64,000 bases of DNA, from the NCBI RefSeq assembly GCF_009914755.1, contig NC_060927.1. The stretch is one strand, 5' to 3'. Below, piece after piece: positions 34,729-54,703 of the stretch. A program made the position numbers and the translations under genes. This DNA is from the human T2T-CHM13v2.0 reference genome, Homo sapiens. Position 1 is the first letter of the stretch. Every line of letters begins with the position of its first letter. Below the pieces are notes generated by a model. That model was not told where the DNA came from and did not search any database. It saw only the letters and a list, made by a program, of their open reading frames with translations.

Positions 34729-35492
34729 TGAAGACTAAACCCTGATTTTTTCTATGTTGCCCAAATTCCTATCTAAGGGGTCTGGGGAGTCATGCCCCAC
34801 AAATCATAACTTCTCATCAGATGGGTTTTATTTAACCCTATATATTGTGACTGATTTTCAAACCTGACCCTGGCATAACATTACCAGACAAGGAAGAAAA
34901 ATATTTTATCCCAAAACATGTTTCTCTGCCATATTTTGAAATGGCCCTGCAAAGCTGTTCTTTGTGGAGGAAAATTTGCATCTGAGTCTCTATTAACATA
35001 GCTAGATCTTTTTCTTCCAGACCCTCTCAATCCTAAAGAGATTAACTAACATCTGAATAGGAAACATTTGTCCTCTGTTGTCTCTAAGGGGAGACACTAC
35101 AAGACTTCAAAAGAACTTTGGTCTCCACAATCTTTTATCTTAACCCAAATGTTCCCTTTCTATGAATCTCAGGTCTTTAGACAAACTCAACCAATTGTCA
35201 GTCAAAAGATGTATAAATTCACCTGTAGCCTGGAAACACTGCCCTCTCCCCAGCCACCACTACGAGTTTTCCCACCTTTCTGGACCAAACCAATGTATTT
35301 CTTAAATGTATTTGATTGATGTCCCATACCTCTCTAATTTGTATGAAACCAAGCTGTGCCTGGACCACCTTGGGCACATGTTCTCAGGACTTCCTGAGGG
35401 CTGTGTCATGGACCATGGTCACTCATACTTGGCTCAGAATAAATCTCTTCAAATATTTTGCAGAGTTCAACTCTTTTTTCTTTCCGTCAACA
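34729..35492 (+). mobile_element. MER4D-like solo LTR in IQCF1 intron 3, antisense to the gene
   Basis: TG...CA; TSD TGTC (34725-34728 / 35493-35496); recalled MER4D start. Confidence 0.85.
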
Positions 35493-35616
35493 TGTCATAG
35501 TATTAAAAGTTCCTCCACCCCAAAGTTCAAACTTACATCTCTTCCCTATCATCATTTTTCTTAACTTTCACATTTTAAATCTTAATTTACAAGCACATAT
35601 ACATGCACAAGCTCAA

Positions 35617-35658
35617 ACACGCGCGCACACACACACACACACGCACACACACACACAC
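35617..35658. repeat. Interrupted (CA)n microsatellite
   Basis: directly visible. Confidence 0.9.
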
Positions 35659-35761
35659 ATACTTCTAACTGAGCCCAGCTTCCCATATCATGGTCATTCC
35701 ATTCCACCAGCACAGCCCCCACATCCCCAGCCCCAGCCCTGTGTGGTTTGGGAGGTCATAC

Positions 35762-35824
35762 TTTTTCTGATTTCTCATTGGCATTGTCCACTGTCTGTGT
35801 CTCAACCAGAACTGGAGTTTTAGC
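35762..35824 (-). CDS. IQCF1: IQCF1 coding exon 3 (AKTPVLVETQTVDNANEKSEK)
   Basis: acceptor atttccttttcAG; donor GTATGA; 63 nt, phase 0-0. Confidence 0.88.
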
Positions 35825-35891
35825 CTGAAAAGGAAATGGGGAAAGAGAACAGACAAGATTGAGTTGTTTATTTCTCTTCTTAGCCCAGCAC

Positions 35892-38800
35892 TGTTAGATA
35901 TGAGTTCTAAATTTCTCTTCAAAGAATCAGTATGTCAGTATGTTCAATTCTTTGCCTTCTACTTTTAAACTTAACTTCCTCATAAAGCAAGATTTTTCGA
36001 TTACCGGCTCCACCCTGACTCATTCCCATTACCTGCTCAGTCTCCACCCTGACTCATTCCGATTTCCTGCTCTGCCATAACCATTTTTCCTGCCAAACCT
36101 CTCACCCCATCACTCTTTAAATTAGCTGATCAGAATTAGTTTAGCCTGTGCGGTCTAACCCTAGCCAATAGGGGAACGACACAGCAGCAGGGGCCACGGG
36201 CATCAGGGATAAGAACCCCTTCCCCTCCCTTGTCCAAGTGTGCACTCACCATTGCTCCGTCTGAAAGGGCGCACCCTTCTATAGAAGTGCATTGCCTTGC
36301 TAAGAATTAAAATTTATATTTGAGTGCTATTTCTTTTGCGGCACCGAAGCTTTACTTATAACAATTTGGGGGCTCGCCTGTGATTACATTCCCCTCCGGG
36401 GGTGGTCTCTGGTTCTCCAACGTGAGGAGGCATGCCCCACCCCCTTGTGGCAGCCTCAGGGGTGAAAAATCAGGACCCACCCAGTGTGAGGAATAACGCA
36501 ACGCGAGCTCTCAGCAACGCGGAAAGAAACTGGCCAGCAACCTAGCTTAAAGGATCCTCACATACTGCGGCAACAACTCTGTGCACAGACCAAGGAAGGA
36601 GAAGCTGTGGGAGCCGATAAAGTACTTCCTTGGTGGTCAAATTCTGGAGGGCTAAATGTGTGTGCGTGAATGATCACAAACAACCCTATTTGCAGTGTTG
36701 TTCGTGTGGACAGTGACGAGTCCTACTGCTCGACGGAGTGAGTGGGTCCTCTCTGCAGTTCTGTAGCTACCTCTTACACTTAGGGCGGATCCTGCCATGG
36801 GATTTATACCAGCACGCCAACACTAAGGCAAGACACCCCCTGGTTTGAGGGGTTGAGCCTTCCGGGGCAGGCAAGGCGAGACGTCCCTGCTTTGAGGGGT
36901 CGAGCCTTCTACAGATTTCAGGGGGTTGAACCTCACACAAACCTCCAGTAGTAAGAAAAATATTCAGAACACCCCTTTCCTTTCTTCTTGAGGGAAGAAA
37001 GAGTAGCTCCACTCCCAACGGTACCTCCCCTAGGGGAAGGGGAAGGAGAGGGAAGAACAATAGTATAAGCGGCTGGCAGAGGCAGGGAAAGACCAGCAAA
37101 GAGGAAAGAGAAACTGGGAGAGGAAGTCAGAGAGAAACACAGTCAAAGAGAGAGAGAAAGAGACAGAAAGACAAAGAGGGAGTCAGAGAGAGAGAGAGAG
37201 AGATGGAAGTAGTAAAGAGAAAATAGTGTATCCTCTTCCTTTAAAAGTCAGGGTAAATTTAAAACCTATAATTAATAATTGAAGGTCTTCTCCGGGACCC
37301 TATAACAGTCCAATACCACCTTGTTGTCAGTGTAAACAAGGGCGTAGCCCGAAAGCACTGAGGCCACTGACAACCCGTAGCCTTCATAACAAAAAAATCC
37401 TTAATCCAGTAACCTGAGGGTGGCCCAAAGGCATTCAATCTGTAATGGCAACTGCTTTGCTAACAGAAGAAAGTAGAAAAATAAGTTTTAGAGGAAACCT
37501 CACTGTGAACACACCTCCTCAGGTCAGAACTATCCTAAGTCAAAAAAAAAAAAAGCAAAAAGGTAGCTTACTGACTCAAGAAACTTGAAGTATGAGGCTA
37601 TTCTGTTAGAAAAAGATGATTTAACATTAACCACTGAAAATTCCCTTAACCCAGGTTTCCTAACTGGGGATCTAAATCTTAATTACCATACAAAGGTCCA
37701 ACCAGACCTACGAGGAGCTCCCTTCAGGACAGGATGATAGATGGTTCCTCCCGGGTGATTGAGGGAAAAAGACACAATGGGTATTCAGTAAGTGATAAGG
37801 AAACTCTTGTAGAAGCAGAGTTAGGAAAATTGCTCAAACCTGCAAGCTGTTTTGCACTCAGCAAAGCCTTAAAGTACTTACAGAATCAGGAAGGAGCCGT
37901 CTATACCAATTCTAAGTTAATATGGACTGAACAGATCTTATTAATAGCAAAGAATAATTGAAATCCCAAACTTACAAGGTTTTCAACAAAAGTAAAGTTG
38001 GCTGAAAGTTAACAGTGTAACATGTATTATCCTAACTTCTAATCTTGTGGCCTTAGACAGTCTAGTCCACAGGCATGAAGGAAGTTCGCATTGGAAAAGA
38101 ATGGTTATCATCTTCGAGGAAAAAAAAGTGGGTGGGGGGAGAATTTATGTAAAAAGGGATATTATATGGTAAATTCTTGTCCTAAAATAAATTAACTGGT
38201 TGTTTAAAGAAAGGGGTGTTTGCAACAAGTCAGAAAATTGAGGCATGTTGAAGAATTATCTGTGAAAGTCATGAAAAAAAAGTTTTAAAAGGGAATTTAT
38301 GCAAGAAGTGTTGTATAATTTAAAAGTAATTAGGCCTCCTGAATGTAAAACTATTGAAGAAACAGTTTATGTGCAAGGTGTGTAAGGAAAGTAAAATATA
38401 CCTTTGGTAAAAGGATTATAAGGAGGCATAAGAATGTGGATTTTTACCTACATTAAAAGGTTAAAAATTTTTTTTGTTTTAAAGGTTTAAGCAAGTTTTG
38501 AAACATTAATTGTAAAGGAAGTTCTGTGTGTAAACATATTGGCTAAAGTTAAAGGGGTATCATCCAGTTTTTCTGTGAACTGGACATTAAAATAAAAGCA
38601 CAACAGGTTTTTCTTAAAGCATTAACCTGCTCTTTAACAAAAATTATAAAAGGTTAAAAACAGTCTATAAAATTCTTACCTTATGGTCAGACATCAAAAA
38701 TTGGATAAATATGTCTACAAGGTTTTATTAAAATTAAGTTTAACATTAATAACACACTTAATATAAAGGTGAAATTTAGCTTATCTGGTATAAAAATCAT

Positions 38801-41800
38801 ACAGGAAGCTTGTCAAATATAAAATGGTGTTTGGCTTTCTTTGGTCTAAAAACTAATAAAAATAGGTGCTAAAGGAAATTTCTCAGTAAGAAGGCACCAA
38901 GGACAATAAAGTCCACTGCTGATGTCCCCACATTTAAAACAAAAGGTCAGTTTCTTAGAAATCATATACTCGGTTTATCTTCCACTTTCCTTTCCCTCAA
39001 AACTAAAAGTCTTTTAGCACAGGTACCACCCCTAGAATTTCCGGTAAACCAGCACCAGCCTGAAGATCACATTCTCATCAAAGGGTGGAAAGAAGGAAAA
39101 CTGCAGCCAGCCTGGCAAGGACTCTACCCTGTGCTGCTAACCACCGAGACTGCTGTTGTACAGCGGAAAGGGGATGGACTCACCACACCTGAGTCAAGAA
39201 AGCGCCACCCCTTCCAGAGTCACGGGCCATAGTCCCAGGGGAAAACCCTACCAAACTAAAGCTAAGAAGAATTTAACTCTCTTTCATCTATTCTATTACT
39301 CTTTCTTCTTTCCTCGCTCTATTGCTGACCATCTAGTTATTAACATAACCAAGTCAATTTCACTTCAAACTATTGCATTTGATGCTTGCCTTGTTATACC
39401 CTGTGGGGACTTGCCAAGTCAAAGACAGCTCTCTACTTCAGAAAAGTACCTCTGTCCCTCCTGACTCTCCTCAGACTGGGTATTAGTGAATTGGGACCAT
39501 TTAATCCTGGGAGATTTTGATAAAGACCCCAGTGTCAACCAGGAGTCTTGCCCCGCGATGTAGAGCTTTTATACCATAGTTGGTCCAGGGTTCTGTGGAC
39601 CACTAAAGAGCAAGGATGGACTGCCCCAACCGGTTTTTGTAATTTCCTAAAACCATACATTCATCTTACTAGAGGGACAGCCCCCGCCTCCCACTAACTG
39701 TCAGCTAAACCAGTGCAATCCTATACAGGTTATTACCTTGAATCCTCAAAGTTCTTTCCCTTTTCTAAGCCAGTTCCCTTCTTTAAGCCAGTGTTATGGT
39801 ATGGGGGCTGAGGTTTCAGGGACAGACCCTATTGGATTCTTTGAAATGCATTTCTTTGAACCCCCACCGCCTGCACCTTCCTCTAAGCCTTCTTCCAAAA
39901 CCTCTCACATGGAACAATTGCTCCTCCTCCATCTAACAACAAGACCAAGATAGCTATCGTAGAAGCGAAAGACTTAAAACAAACTTTGGCAATTAAGACA
40001 GGATACCAAGATGCAAATGTCTGGTTGGAATGGATCAAATATTCCGTCCGCACATTAAACAAAAGCAATTGTTATGCTTGTGCACCCAGCAGGCCAGGGG
40101 CCCAGAATGTCCCCTTTCCACTAGGGTGGTCCTCCAGTTGACTGGTTGTGGGCTGCATGGTAGCTCTTTTCCAGGATTCTACAGCCTGGAGTAACAAGTC
40201 GTGCCATGCTCTTTCTCTCTGCTATATTCTGAAGTCTGGCACCCTGTGGGTCGGCCCCCGAGGGTCATCCAGCTTCCATCTCCCAATACTAAGTTCACTT
40301 CATGTCTCTCACGACAGGGAGGAAACTTAGCATTCCTTGGAGACCTGAACGGATGCAGTGAGCTTAAGAATTTTCAAGAGCTTATCAATCAGTCAGCCCT
40401 TGTTCATCCCCGAGGGGATGTGTGGTGGTATTGTGGTGGACCTTTACTGGACGCTCTGATGAATATCTGAAGTGGCACTTGTGTTTTAGTCCAATTGGCT
40501 ATCCCTTTCACCCTGGCATTTCATCAACCAGAGGAAGGAAAAATAAGACATCGTAAAGTGAGAGAAGCCCCTTATGGGTCTTTTGACTCTCACATCTATT
40601 TAAATGCAATTGGAGTCTAGCAGGGAATGCCAGATCAATTTAAAGCCTAAAATCAAATAGCTGCAGGATTTGAGTCAATATTTTGTTGAGAGACAATTAA
40701 TAAAAATATAGATTGAATAAACTACATATGCTACAACCAACAGCGATTTATTAACTACACTAGAGATGGTGTTAAAGGAATAGCTGAGCAATTAGGGGCT
40801 ACTAGCCGGATGGCTTGGGAAAATAGGATAGCCTTAGACATGATAATAGCAGAAAGAGGAGGAGTTTGCCTCATGATTAAAACTCAATGTTGTACCTTCA
40901 TCCCAAACAACACTGCCCCTGATGGAAGTATAACAAAGGCATTGCAAGGTCTGACTGCCCTGTCCAATGAGTTAGCCAACAACTCAGGGTTAAATGAGCC
41001 CTTTACAGGATGGCTAGAAAAGTGGTTCAGTAAATGGAAAAGAATTATAGCCTCAATTCTCACTTCCCTGGCAGCCGCAATGGGTGTATTTATTCTTGTT
41101 GGATGCTGTGTCACACCATGCGTCCGTGGGTTGGTGCAAAGAGGCTCATAAAAACAGCACTTACTAAAACCTCCCTTAACTATTCTCCACCTTATCCAGA
41201 GAAGCTTCTTCTTTTGGAAAATCAAGCAGAACATCTAAGCCAAGACATGTTAAAGAAGTTTAAAGAGAAAGAGCTGCAAGGAAATGCAAGAGGAGAAGTT
41301 GTTAGGTATGAGTTCTAAATTTCTCTTCAAAGAATCAGTATGTCAATATGTTCAATTCTTTGCCTTCTACTTTTAAACTTAACTTCCTTGTAAAGCAACC
41401 TTTTTCAATTACCTGCTCCGCCCTGACTCATTCTGATTACCTACTCCCCCCTGACTCATTCCGATTACGGGCTCCACCCTGACTCATTCCAATTACCTGC
41501 TCAGTCTCCACCCTGACTCATTCCGATTTCCTGCTCCGCGGTAACCATTTTTCCCACCAAACCACTCACCCCATCACTCTCTTTAAATTAGCCAATCAGA
41601 ATTAGTTTAGCCTGTGTGGTCTAACCCTAGCCAATAGGGGAATGACACAGCAGCAGGGGCCACGTGCATCAGGGATAAGAACCCCTTCCCCTCCCTTGTC
41701 CAAGTGTGCACTCACCATTGCTCCATCTGTAAGGGCGCACCCTTCTATAGAAGTACCTTGCCTTGCTGAGAATTAAAAAGAAAATTTTATATTTGAGTGC

Positions 41801-41836
41801 TATTTCTTTTGCGGCACAGAAACTTCACTTATAACA
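35892..41836 (+). mobile_element. Defective class I provirus, HERV-IP10/LTR10-type (LTRs 35892-36363 and 41300-41836)
   Basis: two near-identical TG...CA LTRs; TSD GCAC; tRNA-Pro PBS 36367-36384 (15/18 to TGGGGGCTCGTCCGGGAT); PPT before 41300; RNase H remnant 37734-37961; integrase tail ~39060-39260; no recognisable gag or RT core. Confidence 0.92.
39156..41318 (+). pseudogene. Disrupted gammaretrovirus-type env
   Basis: furin-like RHRKVR at ~40547; ISD-like ENRIALDMIIAERGG; CX6CC (CLMIKTQCC); hydrophobic TM in ORF 40810..41151; several stops and frameshifts upstream. Confidence 0.88.
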
Positions 41837-41856
41837 GCACCATGCAAAAGACACTA

Positions 41857-42021
<165 letters not shown>

Positions 42022-42195
42022 TCAGCATTAGGGGAAAGGCAAGAGTGAGGCTGCGGTCCCTCCCTCTCCATTCAATATGGCACACATCCCCAGCTTCCAG
42101 GGCTTCTTAGAGTCTTCAGTGTCAGGGGGTCCCTTCACCCTGAGAGATCTATGGGGACATCCCTAACAAGCCTGGTGTGTCTGGCTTTCTCTTAC

Positions 42196-42198
42196 CAT
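42196..42198 (-). CDS. IQCF1: IQCF1 exon 1 coding part (ATG only)
   Basis: caATG|GTAAG; total 1+35+21+148 = 205 aa. Confidence 0.8.
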
Positions 42199-42292
42199 TG
42201 GTCACATATGGATTGATTGTAGATGGTTCAAATCCCCTCACATCTGTGTTCATCCAGCCATAGCATAGGCAGGAAGGGTGGAGGAAGAAAGG

Positions 42293-42319
42293 CCTGTGAT
42301 GTCATAAGGGCACCTGTGA
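42293..42319 (-). promoter_or_regulatory. IQCF1 proximal promoter block with CRE-like TGACATCA and E-box
   Basis: identical to 14579-14605; 95 bp from the ATG. Confidence 0.7.
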
Positions 42320-42506
42320 CTCAGGCACCAGATGGCTCCTAACAAGTGAGCCCCCTCCAAGGGAAAGACAAAAGCGCTGCCCATTCTTTTCTGCCAGAAA
42401 TGGCCAAAGCCCTGACTTCAAAGGCAAGATGCCAGAAATACTGGCCCATTGCTGTAAGGTTTATAAAAAGCCAGTCATTTCTAATAACATTTAATTGAAA
42501 AAACTT

Positions 42507-42848
<342 letters not shown>

Positions 42849-43568
42849 TTAATTTAATGATGCATAGTTCATTCATACTATAAAATACTACATAACTATT
42901 AAAAATAAGAATTTGATCTATATTACTAATGAGGAAATATATAAAGATGTATTTATAAGTAAAAAACTAAAGTTCCTTTTGATCCCACTATGCAAACAAA
43001 ACTAGGAACATAATTATACACATAAAATTGAATAATTTATGCCAGAAGTTATTACATGATACACATTATATGTTGTAAATGAATATAAAGAAGAAAAAAG
43101 GTATATATACCAAACTATTACCAATGATTACCTTTGGAGAGGAGAGTTAAATTGCTGACTCATGCCTAACACAGTCCCCAAGGAACCCCATGAGGGCCTG
43201 AGGACCAGCCTGGACTCCATCTGAGGCTCAAATGGGTCCAAGTGCTCTCCTGTCTTCCTCTGTCCCTGGGGTCTCAAGGCCACAATCAGATGGATGAAGG
43301 TGGCCACTGCACAAGCATGGCCCCTTTCTGCCTGATCTCGGCCTCTGAAGACCCAGCTGGACAGGGTAAGGCCATGAGAGGCACAGCCCCTGGGGTCACT
43401 GAGAAGTGCACTTGAAATGTATAGGGTGAGTATGGGAGAGGCCAATGTGGATCTGTAGGGGGAATGTAGGGAAGAGGAGGAGGCCATTTGAGGCTGGGAT
43501 GTGAAGTTAATGGGATGAGGGGGTGGAGAATATGGGAATACATTGAAAGATGTGGGAAGTTGTGGGTG

Positions 43569-46484
<2,916 letters not shown>

Positions 46485-46674
46485 GGGTGTGACAGAGAAG
46501 GTGTGATATGTGTTCATTTGAGGATAATAGGATACAGGCCTTTGTTGTAACACTAGTCAGTTTTTTACTTCCCCCAACTCCCAACACTCCCCACACCTCC
46601 CCACCAACACACACACACATACTCATGAAAGCCTTGTGCTTCATTATCTGGAAGAATAAACCCCAAACTCCTCA

Positions 46675-47028
<354 letters not shown>

Positions 47029-47541
47029 TTAAATCAAAAATCTAATTACTGATCAGAATATATGGGGTAACTCACATCCTGTGAAGAATAAAAAGCCCTG
47101 GCAACATCAAGAGAGGAAATGAAACGTATAAAGGCAGGTCTGGGCATGGAAGGGCTTCCCTCCAGAGTAGCCAGAAAGGAGGAAGAAACGCCACTGCATG
47201 GGAATGTCAGAGGGCTCCACCTCCAGTTAGGATGCAGAGGGTCACAAAATACTCCCGCAACAACTGCACAATAAGAAAACACCTGACAAACTTAAAACAT
47301 CACATAGCAGTAGGTATGGAGCATCTAAAACTGAATTCTAAAGTGGCTCTGTCCCTGTCTAGTTGCACGGAGGTTAGTGGCTGCTTTCATGCCTGTGGAT
47401 ATGTACCAAATCTCTGGACACAAGGACCTGCAGGAGTAAGCCCGCCATATGCAGTGAAATGCTGTGATGGGGAGAAACCAGCTGAACTTGAACTTTCAAT
47501 GGCTGCATGCGAGCTGCAAGACAATTTGGAATCTGGAAAAG

Positions 47542-47542
<1 letters not shown>

Positions 47543-47596
<54 letters not shown>
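47543..47596. repeat. Perfect (CA)27 microsatellite
   Basis: directly visible. Confidence 0.97.
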
Positions 47597-47598
<2 letters not shown>

Positions 47599-48615
47599 GA
47601 GTCCTCTGCTGCCACCATTCCCTCCCATGGGACTTCTGCTGGACCCACAGCAGCACAGGGAGCCAGGGGCTGGCCTGGACAGCAGAGAGAGCTCTCAAGT
47701 CTCACAGTGCTAATATTCCACACTTTTGCTGGAGAAAGGAGCCTGATCCCAGCCTCAAGACATTTGAAACTGAGGGGGATGCAAACCAACTAAAGTGTCA
47801 AAACAGCCCCAACCTAACTGAACTCCTGATTAGTTGAAAAATGGCCCACCCTAGTCTCTACTGCTTTTATCTAGTGTTTGCATACAATTTTAAAAATGAG
47901 ACACATGAAGAAGCAGAAAAATGTGACCTGTAATCAAAAGGAAAAAAAGCAATAGAAGCAGACTCACAGATGACTCATATGTTAGAATTAGCAAAGACTT
48001 TGAAACAACAAAGATTATATAAATAGACATATAATCGAAAATAATTTACAGGTAAAGGTAGAAAAAAATGAATAAAAAGATGGAGAATTTTGGCAGACAA
48101 ATGGAAACTCTAAAAAACAGAATACAAGAAATGCAATTTTTTTTTCTACTTAAAGAGACAGGGTGTTGTTATATCATCCACTTTAGTCTCAAACTCCTGA
48201 GCTCAAGAAACACTCCTGAGTAGTAGGGACTACAAGCACTTGCCACCATGCCTAGTTCTGAAATTCTAAAACTGAAAAATACAATACCCAAAATGAATAG
48301 TTCACTAGAGAGAGTAACAAAAGAAAGGATTATCAAACTCAAAGGCAGGTCAAAAAATTATACGAACATGATAAATACAAAGAAAACTACATATAGGGAC
48401 AATAATGAAATTGATAAAAATCAAGGGAAAAGAAAATTGTTTCTAAAAAACCAGGTGGTTCCTGCCTGTAATCCCAGCACTTTGGGAGGCTGACATGGGC
48501 AGATCACTTGAGGTCAGGAGTTCGAGACCAGCCCGGCCAACATGGTGAAACCTCATCTCTACTAAAAATACAAAAATTAGCTGGGTGTGGTGGCATGTGA
48601 CTCTAATCCCAGCTA

Positions 48616-49419
<804 letters not shown>

Positions 49420-49961
49420 TCATCAGAAACAAAAAGAAGCCAGAAAAAAAATGGAAAGACATTGTAGAGTGCTAAAGAAATGGGAAGAGAAAAATAAGCC
49501 AACCTAAAATTCTATACCCAGAGAAAATGTCCTTCAAAAATAAAGATGTAAAAATAAAACTAAAAGTTCTGCTCTTATCATTTCCACTTAATAATACACT
49601 AAAAGTCCTAGCCAGTGCAAATGGCCTTAAAATTCTGTTTAAAGAAAGAAAACTGTGTTATTCACAGACAGCATGATTATTTGCATTAAAATGTCCCAAA
49701 AAATGTACCCAAAAATCCTACTACAGCTGATAAAGCAATTCAGCAAGCTTGCTAGATATTCATGGTGATGGTGGCACATGTCTATAAATATACTTAAACC
49801 ATTGAATTGTGCATGTTACATAGGTGAATTGTATGGTATGTGAATTATGTCCCAGTAAAGCTGTTTAAAAAATAAAAGTCATCAAAAATTTTCAAGATAC
49901 AAGGGTAATATATAAAAATCAACTGCATTTTATTTTATTTATTTATTTATTTATTTTTTGA

Positions 49962-50294
<333 letters not shown>

Positions 50295-52454
50295 TAGAAG
50301 AACAAAGTTAGCTGGACACAGTGGCTCACGCCTGTAATCCCAACACTTTGGAGGCTGAGGCACATGGATCACTTGAGGCCAGGAGTTGGAGATCAGCCTG
50401 GGCAACACAGTGAAACCCCGTCTCTACTAAAAATACAAAAAATTAACTGGGCATGGTGGTGGGTGCCTGTAATCCCAGCTACTCAGGGGGCTGAGGCAGG
50501 AGAATTGCTTGAACCTGGGAGGTAAATGTTGCAGTGAGATGGACAGAGCGAGGCTGTCTCAAAAACAAAAAAAAAAGAACAAAGTTGAAGGATTTATATT
50601 ATCTCATTTGAAGACTCACTATAAAGTTACAGTAATCGAGACAGCATGGTGTAAGAAGAGACAAACAGATCAATGAAATGGAATAGAAAAGCCAGAAAAA
50701 GACTTACACTTATATGGTCTATTGATTTGTTTAATGTATCAACATAATTCAATGCAGAAGGAAACGCATTTTTCAATTTAAAATAAAAGAATCTTGATCC
50801 TTATCTAACACCATAGACACAAATAATAATTCAAGATGGATCATAGCCTAAACGAAACCTAAAACTATAAAACTTTTAGAAGAAATCCTATGAGAATTAT
50901 TTTGTGCCCAAGAGTCGACAAAAACTGTTTTCTTAGCAAACAGAAAACACTAAGTATAAAATATTGATAAATTTGCCAGGCGTGGTAGCTCATGCCTGTA
51001 ATCCCAGCACTTTGGGAGGCTGAGGCGAGAGGATTGCATGAGCCCAGGAGTTTGAGACCAGCCCAGACTCAAACATGTTGAGACCTTGTCTCTACAAAAA
51101 AATTTTTTTAAATTAGCCAGGCGTGGTGGCGTGCGCCTGTAGTCCCAGCTACTCAGGGAGGCTGAAGTGGGAGGATCACTTGAGCCCAGGGGTCAAGGCT
51201 GCAATGAGCCATGTTTGCACAACTGTGCTCCAGCTTGGATGACAGAGTGAGACCCTGTCTCAAAAAAAATTTGATAAATTAGACTTTGTCCAAATTAAAA
51301 CTTCTGCTTATCGAAAGACAGCACTCGGCCGGGCGCGGTGGCTCACGCCTGTAATCCCAGCACTTTGGGAGGCCGAGGCGGGCGGATCACGAGGTCAGGA
51401 GATCGAGACCATCCTGGCTAACATGGTGAAACCCCACCTCTACTAAAAATACAAAAAATTAGCTGGGCATGGTGGCGGGCACCTGTAGTCCCAGCAACTC
51501 AGGAGGCTGAGGCAGGAGAATGGCGTGAACCTGGGAAGCGGAGCTTGCAGTGAGCTGAGATTGTGCCACTGCAGTCCAGCCTGGGTGACAGAGCAAGACT
51601 CTGTCTCAAAAAAAAAAAAAAAAAAGAAAAGAAAGAAAGACAGCACTTAAGCTACAATCTGAGGAAAGAATATTCACAATACCTATATCTGGCAAAGGAC
51701 TCCTACTCAGAATATAAGAACTCTTACAACTCAGTAATAAAAAACAAACTAATAAAAATGGACAAAAGGCTTAAACCAATACTTTATAAAAGAAGATATT
51801 CAAGTGGCTTCCAAACACATGAAATTTGCTCAACATCATTAGATATCAGGGAAAGACAAAATTTAAGCCACCATCATGATGGCCAAAATTAGAAAAAAGA
51901 AAAGAAAAGGAGAATACCAAATGTTGGCAAGGATGTAGAGCAAATGAAACTCTCATACATTTTTGATAATACAACCAATTTGGAAATTCATTTGGCTATT
52001 TCTTTTAAAATTAACCATATACCTACACCTACTCTCTGACTCAGCGATTTCATTCTTAGGTATTTACTAAAGAGAAATGAAAACATATTCACAAAAAGAC
52101 TTGTACAGGAATGCTCATAGCATATACTCATAATAGTCAAACATTGGGAACAAGTGAAATATCTATAAATAGGATAATGGATACACAAATTGTGGTATAT
52201 TCATAAAATAAAATACAATTGGGCAATAAATAGCCAAGAACTAATGATACATGCAATAACATGGGTGAATCTTATCCATGACATTATATTGAGCAAAAAA
52301 AGCCAAATGCAAAACAGAACATATTGTATAATTCTATTTATATCAAATTTAAAACATGCACATTTGTTGTGGTGGCTCATGCCTATAATCCCAACACTTT
52401 AAGAGGCCAAGGATCTTTTGAACCCAGGAGTTTGAGACCAGCCTGGGCAACCTA

Positions 52455-52781
<327 letters not shown>

Positions 52782-52784
52782 TCA

Positions 52785-53441
<657 letters not shown>

Positions 53442-53935
53442 TTAACTTCACATTTAAGATTTCTCCATTTCACTGTATATAAATTATACCTTCGCCTTTT
53501 CAAGGAAGGTGAAATAAAGACATTTTCCAAAATATAAAAGCGAGATAATTTATTACCAGCAGACTCACACTGCCAGAATGCTAAAGGAAGGTCCCGGGTG
53601 GAAGCTCAGAGCAGGAGGTGGAAATGAAAGCCTCACAATGGTGATTATGTGGGCAAACAGAAAAGATCATCTTTTTAAATGTCTTTAAAATACCATTGAA
53701 TCCAGTGCTGGCAAGATGAAGTAAGTACACTACAGACAATCTTTCCCAGTGATTACAATGGAAAACTCTGGACAGAATACAAAGTCAACTAGACTCTGAA
53801 AAGTAAACAATAGCGGCCGGGCACGGTGGCTTACGCCTGTAATCCTAGCACTTTGGGAGGCAGAGGCGGGCGGATTACCTGAGGTTGGGAGTTCGAGACC
53901 AGCCTGACCAACATGGAGAAACCCTCTCTCTACTA

Positions 53936-54166
<231 letters not shown>

Positions 54167-54703
54167 TCAAGTCAAAGTCAAAGATAGCCTAAAATGCAGA
54201 ACCGCACAAGTGTGAAAGTAAATAATCCAAAAGAAAGTCCTTATTTTGGATCAGAGGATCAGAAAAAGACACTTCCTCATGCTAGAGAGTATGGACAGCA
54301 TCCTTCTTCTTTCTTTCTTTCTCTTTTTTCTCTTAGCCCTACCCCAAGGCCAGGCCCAGTCACAGAACCGCATTGTCCCGGTGGTGGTGCTATGGGCACC
54401 TGAAAAATCATCTCCCTAGCTAGAGTAAATGTACAAACGGACGGGACCCCTGTAGTCTGAAAGAAGTAATTTTTTCTCATTTCTTTTGCCCCTTTGCCCT
54501 GAAGGCAGCTCTAGTCACATGGAACTGCATGGAAGTGTGGTGGTCTAAAACTCTGAGACAAATCCATATTTCTGGCCAGAGGAACCAAGAACATAATCTC
54601 TAGGAGTGGAAGAATGAGGAAAGTTCAGAAAATAAGGAAAAAGGAATCCCCTAATTCTGTGTATAACAAACACATGTCTCAGGCTCACGCCTTAGCTGCA
54701 CAT

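Noticed and set aside
36001-36070. ~28-bp repeats superficially like CRISPR direct repeats
   Set aside because: Tandem LTR VNTR units without unique spacers, in eukaryotic DNA with no cas genes
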